From Hyphomicrobiales bacterium (GTDB taxonomy: Bacteria; Pseudomonadota; Alphaproteobacteria; Rhizobiales; Rhodomicrobiaceae), in NCBI GenBank assembly GCA_034440495.1, contig JAWXCE010000001.1, forward strand, positions 60,478 to 92,477: DNA of 32,000 nucleotides, in the 5' to 3' direction. The translations under genes were made by a program, and so were the position numbers. The notes under the pieces are model-generated. The model made no database searches and was not told the DNA's origin. It saw only the letters and a program-made list of their open reading frames with translations. Within the stretch, counting starts at the first letter, position 1; every line of letters starts with the position of its first letter. Shown here in pieces: positions 26,318 to 32,000 of this stretch.

Positions 26318-26363
26318 GGGGGATGTTCTATGGGTTGGAGATTATAAAAAAGGTAAGCGTCTG

Positions 26364-26663
26364 TTGCGTAATATTTTTGTTGCAGCTTTAGTCTTGATGG
26401 CCGCGTCTCCGGCGAACGCCGATGGCATGGCCTGCACGGCGAAAACCGGCGCCGCGAAAATCCTTAAATCACCGAAGCAGGCGGACGCGCATCCGCTCTG
26501 GCCCACCGCCGCTCACGGAGGCTCATCCCTTACCATCGTCGATGGCGAAGAAGCAAAAGGCGACGGCGCCGTTCCCTACATTTCCGGTTCGCTGGTCAGC
26601 CCTCGCGACGGCGCCATCCCTGGCAAAGTCTTCATTATCGCCAGCGAGTGGGAATGCTATTGA
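26364..26663 (+). CDS. Small secreted protein of unknown function, opposite strand to the GTA genes
   Basis: Preferred TTG start at 26364 gives the signal peptide (M)RNIFVAALVLMAASPANA|DG. The mature protein of about 80 aa is bracketed by Cys residues (ACTAK...SEWECY). The start is uncertain, since the track ORF begins at 26274 inside g4. GC content looks host-like. Confidence 0.5.
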   Translation: MRNIFVAALVLMAASPANADGMACTAKTGAAKILKSPKQADAHPLWPTAAHGGSSLTIVDGEEAKGDGAVPYISGSLVSPRDGAIPGKVFIIASEWECY

Positions 26664-26857
26664 AGACCGCTGTTATTTAGCAAGCGGCGCCAAACGGTTC
26701 CCCCCCGCGCTTACATGGGTAGCACGGAGTACGCCTTACATCACGATGTAACGATTGAACCCCGACGCTGTAAAGGCTTGCGAGCTTGTTAAATGCTGTA
26801 TCTTTCTGGGAAAATCTATGTACTTATTTATAGTTAATGTGATGTTGTGAGGTCATC

Positions 26858-27532
26858 ATGCGTTATCTATTGCTAGTAATTTTGATACTTCAGCCAACAC
26901 AGGCTCTCTCAGCCCACTGCTATAAAATTATTCGCAAGACGCCTGTGTATGGTTATAACTCGCGGCATGTTCCAACTCGACGACCGTATGCTCAATGCAT
27001 TTTTTTGCGCAAAGGAAGTGAAATATATGTAAAGCGTTCCACAGATAAAATGCTTTTTCTAACGTATCACACCAAAGCTATGTACGAACTTCCATATTAT
27101 AGAAGTTTATTCGTCTACGCAGACGATGTTACTCCTTGCAGACAAATAGATGCAACAGTCGCGCCGTCAAAACCCCAAATTGAACACACTCCGATATCTC
27201 CAATTAAATCAGATTTTGCGCCTCCAGAAATACCAACCGACGGCACTGTAATAAAATGCGATGATCTGGGTCGTATCGAGAATAGCGATAAAAGGTTTGT
27301 ATGCTTGAAGGCTCAGAAGGACGTAAAGCACTTCGATGCTTTTGGTAAGCCATACGATGGCCCTATAACCAAAGGTAACTGCATATTGGCTTTTAAAGCC
27401 ACCTGGGAAAATACAAGAAGTGTAATCAAGTTTTTCAGGGGCAGCCCCGCGAAACTTTTTGAGGCTGATAAGAAGGAAGACAATAAGGACAATTTCAAAC
27501 TCTGTTTTACTGAAGATTATTTTCAGCGTTAA
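26858..27532 (+). CDS. Secreted Cys-rich two-module protein of unknown function in an AT-rich patch
   Basis: GAGG lies 6 nt upstream of the ATG. Signal peptide MRYLLLVILILQPTQALSA|HC. Two Cys-bracketed modules are joined by a Pro-rich linker (APSKPQIEHTPISPIKSDFAPPEIPTDG). The 3' end overlaps the portal 3' end by 26 nt, convergently. Confidence 0.65.
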   Translation: MRYLLLVILILQPTQALSAHCYKIIRKTPVYGYNSRHVPTRRPYAQCIFLRKGSEIYVKRSTDKMLFLTYHTKAMYELPYYRSLFVYADDVTPCRQIDATVAPSKPQIEHTPISPIKSDFAPPEIPTDGTVIKCDDLGRIENSDKRFVCLKAQKDVKHFDAFGKPYDGPITKGNCILAFKATWENTRSVIKFFRGSPAKLFEADKKEDNKDNFKLCFTEDYFQR

Positions 27533-28664
27533 CCAGTCCAGCGGCAGCGCGTTTTTCGTCTACAGTGAGGAAATCGGCGCGCTGTAGCATATCCCACAGC
27601 GCGGCGCGTTCGCCGCTGAGCGCGTCGACTCTGTCCATGGACAAATTGAGTTCGACCGCGCCGAATGCGGGTGCGAGCCAGGCTGTGAGCGATTGAAGCG
27701 TGCGGGCGACAAGCGGTAGAACGGTCTGGCGCCAGAACACCCGGTTCGCTTCCTGATAATTAGAATACGTGTTGTCGCCGGGGATGCCGAGCAGCATCGG
27801 CGGCACTCCGAGCGCCAGTGCGATTTCCCGGGCGGCGGCGTTTTTCGCCTCGATGAAATCCATGTCCTTCGGGCTCATCGACATGGTTTTCCAATCGAGC
27901 CCGCCCTCCAGCAGCATCGGCCGCCCGGCGTTGATGGCGCCCTGGTAGTTCGTCTCCAGCTCGGATTTGAGACGCGAGAACTGCGCCTCCGTCATGTGCC
28001 CGCCGCTCGTATACACCAGCGCCCCAGACGGCCTCGCGGAGTTATCAAGCAGCGCTTTGTTCCACCCGCTCGCCGCGTTGTGCACATCTATGGCGACCGC
28101 CGCCGCCTCGATTGGCGACATGCCGTAATAGTCGTTGGACGGGTTAAACAGCGCCATGTGCAGAATGGGCCGCAAGCCGCCGTTCAACTGTTGAAACCGG
28201 ACAGTGCGGCCATTCGCGGAGTAATCGTAAGCCTCGGGCCAGCCGTCTGCGCCGGGCACGACCGTCATCCGGTCGGGACGCAGGACGTAAAGCTCGCGCG
28301 GCGCGCCCTCCAAGCTCACCGCTTCGAGATAGGCGTTGCCGGAGATGAGCAAGTAGCCGTACCAGTCCTCCATCAAATCCGGGCCGCAGGTGATAGGGTT
28401 CGGCGTTGCCAGCAGAGACAAAAGCGGATGCTCCGTGAGTTCCCGTCCACTCTCGAACAGACGGATAGGCACAGAGGCGGCGGCTTCAGCGATCATGCGG
28501 ACGGAGCGGTAAACGATGGGGTTCTTGGCGAACCCCTCACGGGCGAAAGCTGAGTAATCGCGCGGACTCCAAACTGCGCGCCCCGTGTCATGCAGGGCAA
28601 TGACAGGCCCTGCCGCGCTCGCTTTCGTTTCCACAGGCGCGGCTTTGCGTTTCCAGAGTGGCAT
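27507..28664 (-). CDS. GTA g3-type portal protein, HK97 family
   Basis: 385 aa from ATG 28664, with AGGAGG 6 nt upstream: MPLWKRKAAPVE...IVYRSVRMIAEAAASVP...GNAYLE...PMLLGIPGDNTYSNYQEANRVFWRQTVLP. The track's 15-aa N-terminal extension is translated repeat DNA. Confidence 0.93.
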   Translation of the reverse strand: MPLWKRKAAPVETKASAAGPVIALHDTGRAVWSPRDYSAFAREGFAKNPIVYRSVRMIAEAAASVPIRLFESGRELTEHPLLSLLATPNPITCGPDLMEDWYGYLLISGNAYLEAVSLEGAPRELYVLRPDRMTVVPGADGWPEAYDYSANGRTVRFQQLNGGLRPILHMALFNPSNDYYGMSPIEAAAVAIDVHNAASGWNKALLDNSARPSGALVYTSGGHMTEAQFSRLKSELETNYQGAINAGRPMLLEGGLDWKTMSMSPKDMDFIEAKNAAAREIALALGVPPMLLGIPGDNTYSNYQEANRVFWRQTVLPLVARTLQSLTAWLAPAFGAVELNLSMDRVDALSGERAALWDMLQRADFLTVDEKRAAAGLVNAENNLQ

Positions 28665-28683
28665 GGCGACCTCCTTGTGGGCC

Positions 28684-28747
28684 GTCATGCCCGGACTTGA
28701 TCCGGGCATCCAGGAGTCTGGATCGCCGGGTCAAGCCCGACGATGAC
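28684..28747. repeat. REP/MITE-like palindromic element (family A, compact copy) in the g2-g3 junction
   Basis: gtcATGCCCGGActtgaTCCGGGCATccaggagtctggatcGCCGGGtcaaGCCCGaCgatgac: two hairpins flanked by gtcat/atgac ends. Confidence 0.8.
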
Positions 28748-28753
28748 GATTGA

Positions 28754-30115
28754 TTAAAAACTGCGGATGCGCGGGTCGCGGCGTTCGTTCAGCATCAGTT
28801 CGGTCAGCGCCCAGACGAGCGCGTCGAGCCGATCTGGACTGCGGCCGCCGAAAAGGCCATCCGGCCCAAAGTCGCACATTTGATCCTCAAGCTCTTGCCA
28901 CGCGCCGACATGCGCGACGCGGCCCTGTTCGTAAAGCGCGGCGATGGGTTCGGCCCGCACATGCTTGCCGCGCGTCGCCCGCACCTGTTTGACGGGCGCG
29001 GCGGTGGCGATTTGCCGAAAAATTTCCCCCACCAGATCGCCGCCTTGGTTGACCTCAGCAACGAGGCAATCTGCCTGCCAATTTTCGTAAAGGCGTAGCG
29101 CGGCGCGCGCCCACTCCAGCGGCTGGCGGCCCTGACAGGTGGCGTCGGCGAGCACATAGGCGCAGCCATCCGCGCAGACGCCCGCCGCCACGATGCCGCA
29201 AGCGTCGGATTTCGCATGGCTCGTCACCGGCGGATCGACCGCAACCACGATGCGCGTCAGCGGCGGCGCGGCGTTTACGCGATGCCGGTCGAATATCTCG
29301 CGGCGCCACAGCGCGTCGGCGCGATCCTCGATGAGTTCGCCATCTAACTCCTGACGGCCGAGGCGCGACCCGCCATATCGCTCCGTCACCATTTCGAGGA
29401 ACGACGGCGCGAGATGCAGCGCGTTTGCCGAGGTTTTCGCGCGGCTGATGGCGACACGCGGGTCGGCCAGCAGCTTTTTCAGCAGCGGCGTCGCGCGCGG
29501 CGTTGTGGTGAAAACCTGCCGGGGCCGCTCGCCGAGACGCAGGCCGAATTGCAGCATGTCCCAGGTCTCCTGCGAATGGCGCCATTTGCCCAATTCATCG
29601 CCCCAGGCTGCGGCGAATTGCGGGCCACGTAAACTGTCGGGGTCTTCCGATGAGAAAATCTGCGCAACCGCGCCGTTTGGCCAGGTTAGTTCGCGCTTCG
29701 ATGATCTGTACTCCGGCCGTTCGTGCCGAGGGTGAATGGCGAGCAGCCCGGACGGCCCCTCCACCATAACGCTGCGCGCATCCGCCAGCGTTTCGCCAAT
29801 CAGCGCGATACGCTCGGCCGACCGCGAGGCAAATGGCGCTAATCCTAGCGCCTGCCCACGCACCCATTCAGCCCCTGCCCGCGTTTTCCCCGCGCCGCGC
29901 CCGCCCAGCAGCAGCCATGTCGCCCAGTCGCCGCCACCCTGCGCGCGCGCGGGCGGCAATTGATCGTCCCGCGCCCAAAGCTGCCAGTCGTGCAGCACAA
30001 ATGCGAGTTCATACGATGACAGTGATTGCAGCAGCTCATTGGCGGCCGTCTCCGCCACGCAGTTTGTCAAGGCGAGCCGCAAGCTGGCGGCGGAAGATGT
30101 CCGCATCGGCGTCAA
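28754..30115 (-). CDS. GTA g2-type terminase large subunit
   Basis: HDWQLWARDDQLPP...WLLLGGRGAGKTRAGAEWV (Walker A), then a nuclease-domain region with VAVDPPVTSHAKSDACGIV. The start is uncertain because the ORF overlaps the g1-like gene by 80 nt. Confidence 0.93.
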   Translation of the reverse strand: MTPMRTSSAASLRLALTNCVAETAANELLQSLSSYELAFVLHDWQLWARDDQLPPARAQGGGDWATWLLLGGRGAGKTRAGAEWVRGQALGLAPFASRSAERIALIGETLADARSVMVEGPSGLLAIHPRHERPEYRSSKRELTWPNGAVAQIFSSEDPDSLRGPQFAAAWGDELGKWRHSQETWDMLQFGLRLGERPRQVFTTTPRATPLLKKLLADPRVAISRAKTSANALHLAPSFLEMVTERYGGSRLGRQELDGELIEDRADALWRREIFDRHRVNAAPPLTRIVVAVDPPVTSHAKSDACGIVAAGVCADGCAYVLADATCQGRQPLEWARAALRLYENWQADCLVAEVNQGGDLVGEIFRQIATAAPVKQVRATRGKHVRAEPIAALYEQGRVAHVGAWQELEDQMCDFGPDGLFGGRSPDRLDALVWALTELMLNERRDPRIRSF

Positions 30116-30509
30116 ACCCTTTCGCTGCAGGCGCGGCGGCGGCCGCTTTCCGGGCGGCGTCGCTCAGCTCGGAGACCCGCTCGAACATCCGTAAAAGTGA
30201 ATGCAGCGTGCGGGCTTCACGTTCGTGATCGGCGGAGGACAGTAATTCGTTGCATTGCAGCCGTTGTTCAAACTTGGTCATTTTGTCGTCCAATGCGTGG
30301 GTAAGGCGGCGCAGCAGACCGTGCGCATCCCGCGCGGCAGGCGAAGCGGCCTTATGCGCCGATCGGGAGGCGAAAACTCCGGCTTTGATGCGCCGGTAAA
30401 GTGACGAGCGGCTCACACTGTGCCGGACGCACAATTCCATAATGGTGCAGTCGGCGCGCGTGTAATCCCGCGCTATCGCCCGCCAATCGACTTGGGTTTT
30501 GGAGATCAT
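30036..30509 (-). CDS. HTH protein at the g1 position (putative small terminase / g1-like)
   Basis: From ATG 30509: N-terminal HTH-like DWRAIARDYTRADCTIMELCVRHSVSRSSLYRRIK, then a helical region. It is the first gene of the cluster and overlaps the TerL gene. The function is assigned by position and the HTH only. Confidence 0.5.
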   Translation of the reverse strand: MISKTQVDWRAIARDYTRADCTIMELCVRHSVSRSSLYRRIKAGVFASRSAHKAASPAARDAHGLLRRLTHALDDKMTKFEQRLQCNELLSSADHEREARTLHSLLRMFERVSELSDAARKAAAAAPAAKGFDADADIFRRQLAARLDKLRGGDGRQ

Positions 30510-30856
30510 CTGCCTGATTTTGTAGAGAGCGGGGAGCGGGGACAATTTGATCTGGCGAAACGGCAATGGAAGTTGCAAGTTTTCCCGACAACCTCGGCGC
30601 CCACATTTCAGATCATATCAAAAACATACATGAGCAGCGGCGCGCTGTCAATATAAAAAGTGCCTATACATATTTTATTGTGCCGCGTTCAAATATTTAT
30701 CCACGCCTATACAGTAAATATACATTAAACATGTTGATGGCCCGTTCCGCCTGTTCAATCACTTTTGAGCGGGCAAACGGATTTTCGCGTTTCCATACGC
30801 CGAGTCATCGCTTAATAATCCGAAGCGACACAACCCATAGATATCGAGACCCGCCC
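30510..30856. promoter_or_regulatory. AT-rich divergent control region between the GTA cluster and the PBP gene
   Basis: The local AT-rich stretch at 30610-30735 carries the direct repeat GCCTATACA twice (30662-30670 and 30705-30713). ATACA(T/G) occurs four times, and AAATATTT is a palindrome. GTAA-N7-TTAAAC at 30714-30730 is an imperfect match to the CtrA box TTAA-N7-TTAAC. Confidence 0.35.
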
Positions 30857-32000
30857 GTGGACGATTGGATATTTAAGCCGAACCGCCGCGCCCGCCTTGT
30901 AGACTGGTGGGCGCTCGACTCATGGCTCGATTCGAGCGTTTACGGCGCTTGGGCGCACTACAAGGATTGGTGGGCGTCCTACTCAGCGTTTTTCGGCCGT
31001 TTCCGCGTCACCGGCGCCCGCAAGATTGCCACCGAGGTTGTCTCGGAGAGCGCCAATCTGGCTATTCTCGGCTTGCTGGCGCTGCTGACATTCTGTCTGC
31101 CCGCCATTGAGGAAACGAACAACGCAGGCTGGCGGACAGCCAGCGAGTTCAGCGTCACCTTTCTCGACCGCGGCGGCGCCGAAGTCGGCAAGCGCGGCAT
31201 TCTCTATTCCGACGCCGTGCCGCTGTCTGAAATCCCCGACGTTCTCATCAAAGCGACGATGGCGACGGAGGACCGGCGGTTTTTCGAACATTTCGGCATT
31301 GATGTCATCGGAACCATCCGCGCGGCCGTGGCCAACATACAAAACAAAGAAATTAGCCAGGGCGGTTCCTCGCTCACTCAGCAGCTCGCCAAAAACCTGT
31401 TTCTCAGCTCCGAGCGCTCGTTCGACCGCAAGATCAAGGAGGCTTTCATCGCGTTATGGCTTGAGGCGCGGCTGACCAAACGCGAAATTCTGAAAATGTA
31501 TCTGGATCGCTCCTATATGGGCGGCGGCACGTTCGGGGTGGAGGCCGCCTCGCAGTTTTACTTCGGCAAGTCGGCGCGCGACATCAACCTGGCCGAAGCC
31601 GCGATGCTTGCCGGACTTTTTAAGGCGCCGACGAAGTATGCACCGCACGCCAACCCGGCGGAATCGCGGGCGCGCTCGAACATTGTGCTCACCGCGATGG
31701 TGGATGCGGGTTATATGACTGAAGGCCAGGTTCACGGCGCCCGCCTGAATCCAGCAAAGGTGGTGGAGCGCACCGGCTCGGACGCAGCGAACTATTTCCT
31801 CGATTGGGCTTTTGAGGAAATCCAGCGCGTCATGCAGGGCAAGGGCGAATACTCGCTGACCGCCCTGTCAACGCTCGACACCAGCATGCAGAACGCCGCC
31901 GAGCAGGCAATCGCCGGAGTGCTGGCGCAGAATGGCAAAGCCAAACGCGTAGGTCAGGCGGCCATGGTCGCCATGGAGACCGACGGCGCGGTGCGGGCTA
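30857..32000 (+). CDS. Class A penicillin-binding protein (GT51 transglycosylase domain visible), 3' end beyond the window
   Basis: Not in the ORF track because it has no stop in the window. My translation gives ATEDRRFFEHFGIDVIG, QGGSSLTQQLAKNLFL, KEILKMYLDRSYMGGGTFGVEAASQFYFGK and AMLAGLFKAPTKY, which are GT51 motifs. The start is uncertain: GTG 30857, or the in-frame ATG at 30731 or 30737. Confidence 0.88.
   Translation, partial: MDDWIFKPNRRARLVDWWALDSWLDSSVYGAWAHYKDWWASYSAFFGRFRVTGARKIATEVVSESANLAILGLLALLTFCLPAIEETNNAGWRTASEFSVTFLDRGGAEVGKRGILYSDAVPLSEIPDVLIKATMATEDRRFFEHFGIDVIGTIRAAVANIQNKEISQGGSSLTQQLAKNLFLSSERSFDRKIKEAFIALWLEARLTKREILKMYLDRSYMGGGTFGVEAASQFYFGKSARDINLAEAAMLAGLFKAPTKYAPHANPAESRARSNIVLTAMVDAGYMTEGQVHGARLNPAKVVERTGSDAANYFLDWAFEEIQRVMQGKGEYSLTALSTLDTSMQNAAEQAIAGVLAQNGKAKRVGQAAMVAMETDGAVRA

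Larger units (their letters stand above)
14338..30509 (-). other. RcGTA-type gene transfer agent head-tail structural cluster (g1-like through g15)
   Basis: Co-directional genes in canonical GTA order with a short tape measure, DUF2460/DUF2163-type baseplate genes and a giant g15. Many ATGA/GTGA coupled junctions. No integrase, repressor or replication genes, and the flanks are housekeeping genes. Confidence 0.85.

Noticed and set aside
28665-28709. N-terminal extension of the portal ORF (MPGSSPGMTAHKEVA)
   Set aside because: It is encoded by the family A palindromic repeat. The ATG at 28664 has a perfect AGGAGG at the right spacing.
14338-30509. Interpreting the phage-like block as an intact or defective temperate prophage
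   Set aside because: The window has no integrase, excisionase, repressor, replication or anti-termination genes and no att-like flanking repeats or tRNA. The tape measure is very short, and the gene set and order match GTA clusters. The flanks are core genes.
30714-30730. Calling a bona fide CtrA binding site
   Set aside because: The sequence is GTAA-N7-TTAAAC, not TTAA-N7-TTAAC. In an AT-rich stretch such near matches arise by chance. I kept it only as a candidate inside the regulatory-region finding.

Overview
High-GC alphaproteobacterial chromosome, Hyphomicrobiales/Rhizobiales-like by gene content and repeat families; I cannot verify the taxon. All calls come from reading the supplied translations and the DNA by eye, with no database search. 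Positions 1-13.2 kb are ordinary housekeeping genes, almost all on the minus strand: the glnE 5' end, an OmpR/HisKA two-component pair, degP, an S1 protease with a peptidoglycan-binding domain, the cytochrome c maturation genes ccmI-ccmE-ccmF-ccmH (cycHJKL), a glycine-zipper lipoprotein, a second two-component pair and a PepSY-like gene. Positions 14.3-30.5 kb hold a complete RcGTA-type gene transfer agent (GTA) head-tail cluster on the minus strand, in the order g1/TerS-like, TerL, portal, protease, capsid, adaptors, tube, chaperones, short tape measure, g12, g13, g14, g15. It has no integrase, repressor or replication genes. Downstream of it at 13.2-14.25 kb is a lysis-like trio, and a partial class A PBP gene starts at about 30.86 kb on the plus strand. 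The notable part is how this normally compact, colinear cluster is interrupted. (1) About 1.2 kb between the protease and portal genes carries two opposite-strand genes for secreted, Cys-bracketed proteins. The second gene lies in a strongly AT-rich patch that also supplies the last codons of the portal ORF. (2) An opposite-strand 89-aa coiled-coil gene with its own promoter-like signal splits g12 from g13. (3) A palindromic element appears to sit in frame inside the g14 NlpC/P60 peptidase. (4) REP/MITE-like palindromic elements occupy four inter-gene junctions, and one is read through as the C-terminal tail of the prohead protease. (5) The 3' end of the tape-measure gene and its spacer are tandemly duplicated. 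Many long ORFs in the track are antisense or alternate-frame artefacts of the high GC content and were rejected.
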